Shown one piece after another: positions 10,448 to 20,918 of a DNA stretch of 64,000 nt. The notes beneath the pieces were generated by a model, which was not told where the DNA came from, did not search any database, and saw only the letters and a list, made by a program, of their open reading frames with translations. How positions within the stretch are numbered: the stretch's first letter is position 1; the number at the start of each line of letters is the position of its first letter. A program made the position numbers and the translations under genes. Source of the DNA: a bacterium (lineage in GTDB: Bacteria > Zhuqueibacterota > QNDG01 > JAFGCO01); NCBI GenBank assembly GCA_016932575.1, contig JAFGCO010000063.1, positions 5,901 to 69,900 on the forward strand, in the 5' to 3' direction.

Positions 10448-12529
10448 ATGCGAAAAATGATACTTTTATTTGGAATTCTTTTACTGATTCTCCCATGGAT
10501 TGCTTACGCCCAGGTGCAACCAATCGTCAATATTGGGCACAGTACGGGTTGGATTAATGACATTACCATTGATTCAGGTGGTCAGTATACCGCAACATGC
10601 TGTAAGGATCAGACGATTATGATCAGAGACCTGAAAACAGGAAAATTAATAAAAATTCTGAGCGGGGCAAAAGGAGAAATCCGGACGCTTATTTTTCATC
10701 CCAATGGGAAATATGTGATTGCGGGCAGCGGAGAAAATCCTCCCATACTGGTTTGGGATCTTGAAAGCGGTGAGCTTATCAGAAAGTTTAATCCTGAAAG
10801 GAATTCTGCTGTTGCGTTGGCTATGGACCCTGACGGCAAATACCTGGCTGCCGGAGGTTATATTTGGGAGTTTGAAACAGGCGCTATTATTCAGAAATTG
10901 GATATGAAAGTAGGAACTGTCTGGTCTCTTGCTTTTGATAAAACAGGAAAATCGATTATTGCCGGTGGCTATGGCATCAATGTCTTCAGTGTCAATACAG
11001 GGAAATTGATAAGGAATTTCTTTGAACGAAAATTCGCAAAAATTATTTCAATTGATCATCAGAACGAAACATTGATCGCTACTGTATCTGAAAGTGGTAT
11101 CTATCAAATGGATTTGAAAACAGGAGATCAACTGCATTTTATTCCCGATGATTCTGAGACTGCTTATTCTCCTAATAAAAACATCGTGGTTTATGGCCGA
11201 TATCCAATCATTTATGATTTGTCCCTGAAAAAAGAACTGTGTAAAATTGACTATGAGACCATTGGTCATATGGCCATCGATCCTGAGGGAGACATATTGG
11301 TGTCTACCGATGATGGTGCTTTTTGTTTAAAAGACGGTTCACAGTTGTATTCTTCTCCAAATTGTAATAAAGAGACCAACAGCATGGTTTACGATTCCAG
11401 GCAAAATGTGTTGGTTTGTGCCAGTAATATTAAAGACTGGAATGGATACAGACGGGTTGAAGTCTTGGACCTGGATTCAGGATTATTAAAAAATGCCATT
11501 CATTTTAACGAAGTAGGCTCATTGCAAAGCTTAATGATTGGCGCCAATGTATTGCCTGATGGAAAAAGAGTGGTTTCTGTGTTTGACAAGGGGAAAATCA
11601 CTTTATGGAATCTGGAAAATGGAGAGCCAATTATAACCTCATATCTTCGTGAAGAAAATGCGTATATGAATGGATCGAGTATGACATCGGATGGGAACTG
11701 TTTGTTCATGTATGGCGATTGGTGGTTGGCTTCCTGGAAAATAGGTCAGGATAATCAGCTATCCCTTATTAGCAGAGTCAATATTGAAGAGACCTATTGG
11801 AAAACAGCGGATTTAACCTCCAGCGGGAATTTTGTGGTGACCGGGAACCGGCAAAATCATAAGAAATATGATGAAGTGGTGACACTCTGGAAGTTTCCCT
11901 CCCTGAAAAAGTCTAAAACCCTAAAAGTGAACGCTCAGGGGTGGGATCCCCATCCTTTAGATCTGGAAGTGGATGAAAAGGAAACCTATATTATTGCTGC
12001 ATGTGAGGATTATAAAATTCGTGTTTGGGATTTTAAAAGTAAAAAACTGATTGTGACTCTGAGTTCAAATATTGATGGTTTGGTCACTTCGGTTACCATA
12101 GATCCACAGGCCAGGTATTTTGCAGCTGGGGGGAAGGAAGACGGAAATATCCGCATTCTCTCTCTTCCCTATGGGGATTTAATCCGGACATTGGAAGGTC
12201 CTGCTGATAAAATAAAAAATATGGTTTTTGTGAATAATGGAGAAATATTACTCGCTTCGGGTGAATTGCATCCTGATATTACAGTTTGGCGTGTCAATGA
12301 TGGTAAGCATTTAGCGACATTGTACTGGTTTGCTGATGCCTCGGTAACCATGACACCTGAAGGCTATTTTGCAGGGACTGGTAATTACAGGGATTATGTC
12401 CATTTTGTGAAAGGGATGAAAGTTTATCAGAATCAAGAATTGTATGATCACTATGATAGACCTGATTTAATGGGGGATGTACTGGCAGGAAAAGATATGC
12501 CTTATATGTGGGCGCCGGATGTGGAGTAA
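10448..12529 (+). CDS. Exported WD40-repeat protein without caspase domain
   Basis: Signal peptide MRKMILLFGILL, WD repeats; ends just after the TPEGYF...RPD cap motif. Confidence 0.88.
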   Translation: MRKMILLFGILLLILPWIAYAQVQPIVNIGHSTGWINDITIDSGGQYTATCCKDQTIMIRDLKTGKLIKILSGAKGEIRTLIFHPNGKYVIAGSGENPPILVWDLESGELIRKFNPERNSAVALAMDPDGKYLAAGGYIWEFETGAIIQKLDMKVGTVWSLAFDKTGKSIIAGGYGINVFSVNTGKLIRNFFERKFAKIISIDHQNETLIATVSESGIYQMDLKTGDQLHFIPDDSETAYSPNKNIVVYGRYPIIYDLSLKKELCKIDYETIGHMAIDPEGDILVSTDDGAFCLKDGSQLYSSPNCNKETNSMVYDSRQNVLVCASNIKDWNGYRRVEVLDLDSGLLKNAIHFNEVGSLQSLMIGANVLPDGKRVVSVFDKGKITLWNLENGEPIITSYLREENAYMNGSSMTSDGNCLFMYGDWWLASWKIGQDNQLSLISRVNIEETYWKTADLTSSGNFVVTGNRQNHKKYDEVVTLWKFPSLKKSKTLKVNAQGWDPHPLDLEVDEKETYIIAACEDYKIRVWDFKSKKLIVTLSSNIDGLVTSVTIDPQARYFAAGGKEDGNIRILSLPYGDLIRTLEGPADKIKNMVFVNNGEILLASGELHPDITVWRVNDGKHLATLYWFADASVTMTPEGYFAGTGNYRDYVHFVKGMKVYQNQELYDHYDRPDLMGDVLAGKDMPYMWAPDVE

Positions 12530-12618
12530 AAAAGAATTAAAAATTATGAATTATGAATTAAGAATTGGGGGGAAAGAAGCAGAAACAAGATTAAAGATTA
12601 GAGAAAAAGATAATAGAG

Positions 12619-12717
12619 CTCAAACCCCGGATGTTCGAGCGAAGCAAGATCTCCGGGTATTTGAGAATAGTCATGAAATTTCACACACCCGGGGACCTTC
12701 GGACACCCGGGGTGTGA
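12619..12717. repeat. Pair of related imperfect hairpins (REP-like)
   Basis: ctcaaaccccgga...tccgggtatttgag and tcacacacccggg...cccggggtgtga. Confidence 0.65.
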
Positions 12718-12800
12718 TAAAGATAAAGTCCCTAGATGCTGGTCAGTTGCTAACCGACAGCAGCCAAATTTACAATGCCATTGTATTATAATTTGGGAGG

Positions 12801-15689
12801 ATGATGATAATGAGAAAATGCATGATTCCTGTTTTTTTCTGCATCATTTCATATTCTCTTTGCTTCGGCTCTGAAAAACCTGAAATTTTTGTACAGATGG
12901 GGCATACAGAAGAAGTAGAAGCCATGGATTTAAGCCCCGATGGCAGATATGCTTTATCCGCGATACATAAGACAATCTATATATGGGAGGTTGAAACAGG
13001 GCGATTGGTGAACCTGTTTGACAAACATAAAGGATCGGTCAGATCAATCCAATTTAGTCCTGACGGAGAAAAGGTGTTATCTCTGGGTCAATATATCTAT
13101 TTGTGGGATTTTCATAGCAGAGAAGTCATTCATCTGTTTAAAGTAGAGGCCTTTAAAAAATTCTATTGTGCCTTTTTCAGCCCTGATGGTGATAAGATAT
13201 TGGCTCCCAATAACGAAGGTGACATGGCTCCGAAAGTCTGGGATGTCGAATCCGGGCAGGAATTAAAACCCTGGAAAGGCTATGAGGATGTGATGTCAAT
13301 ATATTATGATCCTGCCAGGAAATGGCTCATTACCAAATATAACCGCCAGATAAAGATAATGAATTGTGCAAGCAGACAAGTTATCCATTCATTTGATGAA
13401 CCTTTTTTCATACTGGATGTCTCACAAAATGACCAATTATTAAGACTGGATGGATTATGGGATATTGATACATGGAAGCAACTGCATAAACTTGAATTCA
13501 ATCGAAGTCAATTCCGTGACTTTAAAGGATATTCCACCGGATGTTTCAGCGCAGACGGAAACTCTATTATCCTGTGTGCGTCGGTAGGTTTTACAACTGG
13601 ACGTAATGCTGTCGTTCAAAATAAAGGTTATATTTTTGTATATGATGTGAATACGCTGGAACTCACAAGTGCTGTCCCTGTTCGTGATTGTGCAATTAGT
13701 CATATCAGGCCTGCATCTGATGGACGCCGTGTGCTTGTGAGCGGATATGGAAGGATGAATACCGGACTGATGCTCTTGGTGGACCTGAAAACGGGTCAGG
13801 TAGTGAGCCGTTTTGATGGTGCCAGTCATAAATCTCGAGCAATTTCCATCAGCTCCGATAGCCGATTGATGGCAACAGGCGGTGATGATGGGTTTATTCA
13901 TCTTTGGAGTCTGGAGAGTGGGCAGAAACTGAATAGCAAGGAAATGGTCCATCAATTCGGGATTTATATGATCAGTGATCTGGCTTTCTCATCTGACGGG
14001 AGTCAAATATTTTGGGATGCACTGGCTTCAAACTGGGGTTCATGGGATTTATACGAGAACAGTGAGATTCTTAAATATAAAAATAACAAGTTATTTGAAA
14101 AAAATCTAAAACAAAATCAGAAGTTGTTCAGATATCAAAGCCGTGTTGTGAATAAAAGAGAACGGAATGTAAAAAAAGGTTTAAAGCTTCAAGTATGGCC
14201 CCAGGATGTTTTAAGAATTAAATACACAAAAACCGAGAAAGAGACACTATTAAAACAATGGGGAGGCGTTTCTTGTGCACAATTTTATCCGGCCGGTGAT
14301 AAAATTATAACAGGAAGTCAGTCTGGTGCAACCATAAAACTCTGGGATGCAAAATCAGGCCAGGAGTTGGTAACCTTTTATGTCCTGCCTGATGGCGAAT
14401 GGGTATCCATGACGCCCGAGGGATATTTTAATGCGTCTGAAAACGGTTCAAAATATATTCACTGCAGGATTGGTGATAAACTCTACAGCATCGATCAGTT
14501 TTTCGAACAGTTCTACAGGCCGGATATTGTGGCCGAAGTACTGGAGAAAGGGAAACAGGCGCCCCAAATCGCAGAAATTCCCCAGGCGGATCCGGATAAA
14601 CTGGTCACTCTGGATAAACCAGTCAGGCTGCCGCCTGAGGTACGCATCGTTTCCCCCCATGTTGGGGATGTTTTCGAAAAGCAGGAAGTCGATGTCACGG
14701 TGGAGGTGAGGGATATGGGAGGCGGCATTGATGAAGTGCGCTTGTTTCAGAACGGCAAGTGGGTGGCCGGCGAAGAACGCGGCATACGGGTCACGCCTCA
14801 GTCGGATGTGCTCATAAAAACCTGTCGGCTTTTATTGCTGGAAGGAGAGAATCGAATCAGGGTTTTGGCTTTCAGCAGTGACCGTATTGAGAGCAATGCC
14901 GATAATATCACCATCCTGCTCAAGGGACCGGAGAGAACCACGGATTTGTGGCTGTTGACTGTGGGCATTAATGCCTATCAGAATTCAGCACTGAATCTGA
15001 ATTACGCCGAACCCGATGCACACGCGATTCATTCGTATTTTGAAACCAAAGCGGAAAAGCTGTTTCGATCCTTTCATCCGCTTGTCTGTTTAAATCAGCA
15101 GGCCACCAGACAGGGTATTCTGTCGCAGTTTGAAATGCTTGAATCCCGGAGCCGGCCGGAGGATCTGGTCATCGTCTATCTGGCCGGTCACGGTGATGCG
15201 CTTGGTGAGGAGTGGTACTTTATTCCTCATGATCTGGTTTATCCCGAGAATGGAGATCAGCTCAGGGCAACAGGCCTTTCAGCCTCTGAAATTTCGGACA
15301 TCATGACACGGATCAGGGCGCAGAAGATCCTGATGCTGGTGGATGCATGTAAATCAGGGCAGGTGCTGGTTGCTTTCCGCGGACTGACCGAACGTAAGGC
15401 CCTGCTGCAGCTGGCCCGTTCTTCGGGGACCTATGTGGTGGCAGCCACGACCAGTGAGCAACTGGCTACGGAGTTTCAGGAGCTCGGGCATGGTGTGTTT
15501 ACCTATACACTGCTGCAAGGGCTGAAGGGCGAAGCGGATGGAAGTCCCAAGGACGGACGGGTGACTGTTGAAGAGCTTTCTGCGTATATCAAGGGCACCC
15601 TGCCCGAATTGACGCAGAAATACCGGGGCCAGGCCCAGTATCCGACGAGCAAGGGAACAGGCATGGATTTTCCGCTGATGGTGGAGTAA
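12801..15689 (+). CDS. Exported WD40-repeat protein with Ig-like linker and caspase-like (C14) domain
   Basis: Signal peptide, VQMGH start, YLAGHG...VDACKSG dyad, GHGVFTYTLLQGL. Confidence 0.9.
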   Translation: MMIMRKCMIPVFFCIISYSLCFGSEKPEIFVQMGHTEEVEAMDLSPDGRYALSAIHKTIYIWEVETGRLVNLFDKHKGSVRSIQFSPDGEKVLSLGQYIYLWDFHSREVIHLFKVEAFKKFYCAFFSPDGDKILAPNNEGDMAPKVWDVESGQELKPWKGYEDVMSIYYDPARKWLITKYNRQIKIMNCASRQVIHSFDEPFFILDVSQNDQLLRLDGLWDIDTWKQLHKLEFNRSQFRDFKGYSTGCFSADGNSIILCASVGFTTGRNAVVQNKGYIFVYDVNTLELTSAVPVRDCAISHIRPASDGRRVLVSGYGRMNTGLMLLVDLKTGQVVSRFDGASHKSRAISISSDSRLMATGGDDGFIHLWSLESGQKLNSKEMVHQFGIYMISDLAFSSDGSQIFWDALASNWGSWDLYENSEILKYKNNKLFEKNLKQNQKLFRYQSRVVNKRERNVKKGLKLQVWPQDVLRIKYTKTEKETLLKQWGGVSCAQFYPAGDKIITGSQSGATIKLWDAKSGQELVTFYVLPDGEWVSMTPEGYFNASENGSKYIHCRIGDKLYSIDQFFEQFYRPDIVAEVLEKGKQAPQIAEIPQADPDKLVTLDKPVRLPPEVRIVSPHVGDVFEKQEVDVTVEVRDMGGGIDEVRLFQNGKWVAGEERGIRVTPQSDVLIKTCRLLLLEGENRIRVLAFSSDRIESNADNITILLKGPERTTDLWLLTVGINAYQNSALNLNYAEPDAHAIHSYFETKAEKLFRSFHPLVCLNQQATRQGILSQFEMLESRSRPEDLVIVYLAGHGDALGEEWYFIPHDLVYPENGDQLRATGLSASEISDIMTRIRAQKILMLVDACKSGQVLVAFRGLTERKALLQLARSSGTYVVAATTSEQLATEFQELGHGVFTYTLLQGLKGEADGSPKDGRVTVEELSAYIKGTLPELTQKYRGQAQYPTSKGTGMDFPLMVE

Positions 15690-15714
15690 ATCGTGAAATA
15701 AATGGGGGTGTCTG

Positions 15715-18700
15715 ATGTGTTTTAGAAAAATTTTGATCATCAGCCTTTTTATTTTTCAGATTGTCTGTGCAGGACAATCAATACCGGTTCATCGGGAAAA
15801 GGTTCCTTTTGATCTGGTTGTTCAACATGGTCACAGCGAGTTGGTGAAAAAGATGGCTATTGGACCGAATGGTCGTATAACAGTAACTGCCAGTGATGAT
15901 GGTACCATTAAACAATGGGATATTCAAACTGGCAAAATGTTGCGTACCTACATCGTGAATGAAAAGGAATTTTCTGCCTATGATGTGGTTATTGATCCAA
16001 AAGGGAAATACATCATTTCACCGGCGAGAAGAGAAAGTTATGAGTATTATCTAAAAAAATGGGATCTGAAAACAGGGAAGCTTTTATACCCTTTAAATCC
16101 TGATGGTATTGAATTTCAAAATGATATTGATCAAATAAGTATTTCCCCCGATGGAAATTTTATCATAATCTATAGTATTTCAAAGTACTTAAAGATATTA
16201 GACATTGAAACATGCAAATCCCTTTGGGAAATAGGGATGGACGATAAAACTAAAAATGTTTATGGTTTTTCAGTCGACCCAAGCGGACAATATATAATAA
16301 CTAACCTTTATCTTCATGGCAAGAAATCAATACAAATCAGAGAATTGGCGACAGGTAAACTATCTCATACAATAGAATCAAACATCGAAGAACTCAACAA
16401 TATTGATATTAAATTTGATCCCTCAGGCAAATACTTTATCGTTTCAGGTACAATAGATAGGTATCTTCCCGAAAATGACATATTATCCATTTCTGTATGG
16501 AATTTTCAAGATGTTAAAAGACTATATTCAATCGATTTGGAATTCGCCGGAAATGCGCCTGTTGTTTTTCACCCATCACAGGAAATGATGATTGTGCCTG
16601 ATGTAAAGAACAGTGAATTCATGGTAGTAGAAATCGGTAATGGAGAAGTGAAAAGAAAGTGGAAATACGAGAAGAAACTAAAGACGCTTTATTTCGATAA
16701 AAGTGGTCACTATTTGATGTCCAATTGTACCACTACCAGTAATCGGTATATGAGGCTTTGGGATTATACAACGGGTGATCTGTTAATAATATCCCCCATC
16801 CAAAATTATTATGATCCATTTGAGGAAGCTCTGTTTGATCCCACAGGAGAATACATCCTCTATAGAGGGAATAAATCGCTGACGGTAATTAGGTTGACAG
16901 ATCTTAAAATAATAAAACAAATAAGAATAATACCCGCATGGCTGCACCATATAGCAGCCAGAGACACCAGCGGTCAGTTTTTATATTCATATTTTACACC
17001 AGGACACGTCGGTGAAGATTTTTTGAATAAATGGGAATTGCCGTCTTTAAAAATGGTTAAAAGTATGAGATCAAGATGGTTTCGGACAGATCACCTTCCT
17101 GTTGATCCTGATGCAGAAACTGTATTCACATATGCTGAATTGTATGATTCTGCTCTGGTTTATAACCTGGAATCGGGAGAAATAGTGAAAAAATTGGGTG
17201 GAAACCTAAGGGAAAAGGGATCCTGGATAGGTGATGGTTTGGTAGAAGTCGATCCATTAGGTGAGTTTGTTTTCTGCGCATTTGAAGACCGTATTTATAA
17301 ATGGCATATTGATACGGGTGAATTGGTCAAGACGATAAAACTGCCCGAAAAAGTAAAAATTCCAGGTTATAAAAAACCACAGAAACGATATAACAATTGT
17401 CTCGCAATTGATCCGACGAGAAAATGGATTATACTCACATATTCAGATGTTATAGATATTTATAAGTTTAAATCAGGTAAATTACACAAAAGAATTTTTA
17501 CTTATTTTGAACCTGTTTCCCACTCCAACAATTGTCTTGCCATTGATCCTAATGGCGAATTTATTGTGACTTCTTCAGGATCCCACAATCTTCGATCATG
17601 GCGTTTAAACGATGGCCAAATCATGAATTCAAAATATTTTAAAGGATTTAGTTCTATCAAGCAAATGGCTATTGATTCATCTGGTCAATTACTTATTGCC
17701 GGACATGATGATGGCATTATTTCGATATGGGATGCAAATACACTCGAACATGTAAACACTAAATTTGAACATACAGATCTAATAGGATCGATTCTATTTA
17801 TACAAAATACAAATATCATGATTACAACAAGTGATGATCAAACAGCCAAAATGTGGAATTTAAATACATGGGAACATGTGACATTAATTGGTAATCAAGC
17901 AGGCTGGATTGTTTACACCCCAGACGGTTATTTCGACGCCTCCCCACATGGGGGTGATATGGTAGCTATGGTCAGTGGTTTGGAAGCCTTTGGTGTAGAC
18001 CAGTTCGCGGTGCGAAATAACCGGCCGGATATTATTCTCAAAAGGATGGGCATGGGCAGTCAGGAACTGATCGACCACTATTACGCCCAATACAAACGCC
18101 GTATCCGCCGATTAGGGATTACAGAAGAACAACTCAGCAGTGATCTGCACGTGCCCGAAGCGGAGATACTGGAATCCAAACAAGACGGAAAATTCGTTTC
18201 TGTTCGATTTGCATTGAATGATGACCAATACCCTATCAAACGCTACAATATTTATGTCAACGACGTCCCTCTCTTTGGAGGTTACGGAAAAGAGGTCTCC
18301 GGCCGTTCAGTCCAGAAAACCGAAAGTGTGGAACTCACAACCGGCACAAATAAAATCGAAGTGAGCTGTTTCAATACAGCAGGCGCGGAATCATTCCGGG
18401 CCATCACATATGCCGAGCATCAGGAAGAAGTGCAGCCGGATTTGTACTTCCTTGCTTTCGGCGTCTCCCAATATCAAAATTCCGATCTGAATTTGAGTTA
18501 TGCCCACAAAGATGCGCTGGATCTGGCAGACGCATTTCAGGGCTTGTCTGGCCAATTCGGAACGGTGAATGTCAAAACATACACAGACGATCAGGTCACT
18601 GTTCAGAATATCCAAAATGCAAAAGATTTCCTGAAAGGTGCCAAAACCGATGACATATTCGTGCTTTTTATCGCCGGTCACGGTATGTATTCTCAGGGTG

Positions 18701-19281
18701 ATGATGCCACCTACTACTACCTGACCCACAACACCGATATTGCCAATCTGTCCCAAACGGCAGCCGATTTTGATCTGATTGAGGGTCTGCTGCAGGGCAT
18801 CAAATCCAGAAAGAAGCTGTTTTTGATGGATACCTGCGAATCGGGTGAAATTGATGAGGAGAAACAGAGTACTTATTATGCGCTGGCAGATTCCAGAGGA
18901 ATCAAGGCCAGAACGTCCAGAGCCGTGGTGTTTAAGGAAAGAACCGAACAACACAAACGCTCGTATCTGTACCAGAAAGACCGGTACATCTACAACGATC
19001 TGATCCGCCGATCCGGAGCCATTGTATTTTCATCTTCACGTGGCGGCGAGTTTTCCTATGAGAGCGATGCTGTACAGAACGGGCTGTTTACCGAAGAAAT
19101 TCTTAAGTGTCTGACTGAGGGCGTTGGAGATTCGGATGGCAACGGAATCGTGTCCACCGATGAACTCCGGGATCATGTATCCAGAGCCGTAGCAGAATCC
19201 ACAGAAGACGCTCAGCATCCCACCGTGGACCGGGATAATATTTATCAGAAATTCGGATTTCCAGTGAGTAAAGAAAAATGA
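15715..19281 (+). CDS. Exported WD40-repeat protein with caspase-like (C14) domain; paralog of 5881-10233
   Basis: FIAGHG...MDTCESG; C-terminal part closely matches that of 5881-10233. Confidence 0.9.
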   Translation: MCFRKILIISLFIFQIVCAGQSIPVHREKVPFDLVVQHGHSELVKKMAIGPNGRITVTASDDGTIKQWDIQTGKMLRTYIVNEKEFSAYDVVIDPKGKYIISPARRESYEYYLKKWDLKTGKLLYPLNPDGIEFQNDIDQISISPDGNFIIIYSISKYLKILDIETCKSLWEIGMDDKTKNVYGFSVDPSGQYIITNLYLHGKKSIQIRELATGKLSHTIESNIEELNNIDIKFDPSGKYFIVSGTIDRYLPENDILSISVWNFQDVKRLYSIDLEFAGNAPVVFHPSQEMMIVPDVKNSEFMVVEIGNGEVKRKWKYEKKLKTLYFDKSGHYLMSNCTTTSNRYMRLWDYTTGDLLIISPIQNYYDPFEEALFDPTGEYILYRGNKSLTVIRLTDLKIIKQIRIIPAWLHHIAARDTSGQFLYSYFTPGHVGEDFLNKWELPSLKMVKSMRSRWFRTDHLPVDPDAETVFTYAELYDSALVYNLESGEIVKKLGGNLREKGSWIGDGLVEVDPLGEFVFCAFEDRIYKWHIDTGELVKTIKLPEKVKIPGYKKPQKRYNNCLAIDPTRKWIILTYSDVIDIYKFKSGKLHKRIFTYFEPVSHSNNCLAIDPNGEFIVTSSGSHNLRSWRLNDGQIMNSKYFKGFSSIKQMAIDSSGQLLIAGHDDGIISIWDANTLEHVNTKFEHTDLIGSILFIQNTNIMITTSDDQTAKMWNLNTWEHVTLIGNQAGWIVYTPDGYFDASPHGGDMVAMVSGLEAFGVDQFAVRNNRPDIILKRMGMGSQELIDHYYAQYKRRIRRLGITEEQLSSDLHVPEAEILESKQDGKFVSVRFALNDDQYPIKRYNIYVNDVPLFGGYGKEVSGRSVQKTESVELTTGTNKIEVSCFNTAGAESFRAITYAEHQEEVQPDLYFLAFGVSQYQNSDLNLSYAHKDALDLADAFQGLSGQFGTVNVKTYTDDQVTVQNIQNAKDFLKGAKTDDIFVLFIAGHGMYSQGDDATYYYLTHNTDIANLSQTAADFDLIEGLLQGIKSRKKLFLMDTCESGEIDEEKQSTYYALADSRGIKARTSRAVVFKERTEQHKRSYLYQKDRYIYNDLIRRSGAIVFSSSRGGEFSYESDAVQNGLFTEEILKCLTEGVGDSDGNGIVSTDELRDHVSRAVAESTEDAQHPTVDRDNIYQKFGFPVSKEK

Positions 19282-19334
19282 GAAACGGAGTTTCTCTGAA
19301 AAATCTCGTTCCCAAACCGGAGTTTGGGAACGAG
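19280..19334. repeat. REP-like double hairpin
   Basis: gagaaac-gga-gtttctc and ctcgttcccaaac-cgga-gtttgggaacgag. Confidence 0.75.
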
Positions 19335-19342
19335 GGGAATCG

Positions 19343-19430
19343 GTCATCTCGAAGGAGTCTACCAAGGGTGGACGACTGAGAGATCTGAAAATGCTTACCT
19401 TAAAAGAACTCTCGCTCCGCTCGAGATGAC
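19343..19430. repeat. Dispersed palindromic element, copy 2
   Basis: gtcatctcgaaggagt...cgactgagagatct...tcgagatgac, matching 10330-10409. Confidence 0.85.
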
Positions 19431-19571
19431 ACTTTTTATATAATACAAATGAATGCCATCTTGATTCCGATGTATCTGAAGAGAAATCTTTAAACAAAAA
19501 CAATACCTGTTTCGATGTCTTGTCAGCGGTTCTGAATTCCGGCGAAATCAAATGTGATATTCAAATCCATC

Positions 19572-20549
19572 TTATTTATTGAATCGCCGTATAAACTCCC
19601 TCGCTTTCACCCCCGATTCCGAAAGCTTATCCAAAGACCAGCCGCCTTTGGGATCCGCACCGGGTCTGAGAGCCGAACAGGTCTCCTGTTTATCCGAAAT
19701 CGACCATTTGACCCAGCTGATCTGATTTTTTCCCATCCAGTCGATCCAGAGATTCCATTCTTCCATATCCAGTTTATCCTGTCCGGATGAGTTGCAGCCG
19801 TCCGATTCAGAAACGAAAATAGGAATCCCTTTCGACAAAGCATAATCTCCCCGGTCTCTTAACCATTGCCGGTGAGTTACAGCGTAAAAATGCAAGGTAT
19901 ACATTAAATTTATATGTTCCCTGATCGGATCATCAGCCACAATATGCACATCCTGATCCCAGTGAGGATTTCCGATTAAAATAATATTGTCCGGATCATA
20001 CTGACGAATCGCTGTGATGAGTGTGTCAGAATAGGCTTTCACAAGGGCCCAATCCTGTCTGACAGGTTCATTATAAATTTCATAAATTATATTCGGATGC
20101 TCTCCATATGCCTTTGCCATGTCAATGAAGAAGGCTTTGGCTTCTTCTATATGATTTTCAGCGTGATGATCGTGCCAGTCGATGATCACATAAATTCCCT
20201 GGTCGATGCATGCTTCCACCACGGTTTTCATCAGGCCTTTGGCATGTTCCGGCATGTCCAGATAAGCGCTGTCCGGCTCAATGCCCATGGCTGCGCGAAG
20301 AACGGTAATCTTCCAATCATCCCGAAGCCATTTTACCGCATCCGCATTCCAGAATTTCGGCCACCAGTTATGCCAGCCCAAACTGACACCGCGCAGTACA
20401 ACCGGGTCGCCATTAGCATTCAACAGCCGGGTGCCTTTGACTGAAAGCCGGCCGTGCTGCTTGACAACCGACTTTTCATGGCAGAAGTTCAATATCAAAC
20501 CTCCGGTGATAAACAGTACTAAAAAGATAATGGGATAGTTATTTTTCAT
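19572..20549 (-). CDS. Glycoside hydrolase family 5 (endoglucanase-like)
   Basis: LRGVS, YVIIDWH, YEIYNEP (acid/base), LHFY, IFVSE (nucleophile). Confidence 0.92.
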   Translation of the reverse strand: MKNNYPIIFLVLFITGGLILNFCHEKSVVKQHGRLSVKGTRLLNANGDPVVLRGVSLGWHNWWPKFWNADAVKWLRDDWKITVLRAAMGIEPDSAYLDMPEHAKGLMKTVVEACIDQGIYVIIDWHDHHAENHIEEAKAFFIDMAKAYGEHPNIIYEIYNEPVRQDWALVKAYSDTLITAIRQYDPDNIILIGNPHWDQDVHIVADDPIREHINLMYTLHFYAVTHRQWLRDRGDYALSKGIPIFVSESDGCNSSGQDKLDMEEWNLWIDWMGKNQISWVKWSISDKQETCSALRPGADPKGGWSLDKLSESGVKAREFIRRFNK

Positions 20550-20918
20550 TTAAGTCTCTTTTTTAAATCAGCGCCTTAAAAACGTTGGGTCATTGTATCT
20601 TTGGACTATCGGGTTCCATAGATATTAGAATATTATCTCAATAAATATAAAATAAACAAAGTTTTTTCAGCAGGCAAATTAAAATTGCAATTTAACAAAT
20701 TTTAACATAATCAATATCTGATCAAAACAAATAATTTTCAACATAAGAAAAATAAAAAAAAATGATTTTTTGCTTGTAAATTTTAACGGGAATTTGTATT
20801 CTTGGATCGATTATCAATCAATTTGAGAACAGCAGATTCTGAGTGATCAATGCAATTTGAAATTTTATTATCAGAGGAGTATTATCGAGTTTAAAGGAAG
20901 CAGGAATTTTAAAAAATC

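Noticed and set aside
12477-12791. 104-aa ORF between WD40 genes
   Set aside because: It is a translation of heptamer repeats and hairpins (MNYELRI pattern) and overlaps the upstream gene.
5881-19281. Diversity-generating retroelement acting on the propellers
   Set aside because: No reverse transcriptase and no template/variable repeat pair differing at adenines was seen.
10330-19430. Repeated palindromes as a CRISPR array or integron attC sites
   Set aside because: Only two copies 9 kb apart, no repeat-spacer periodicity, no cas or integrase gene, and no clear attC core boxes.
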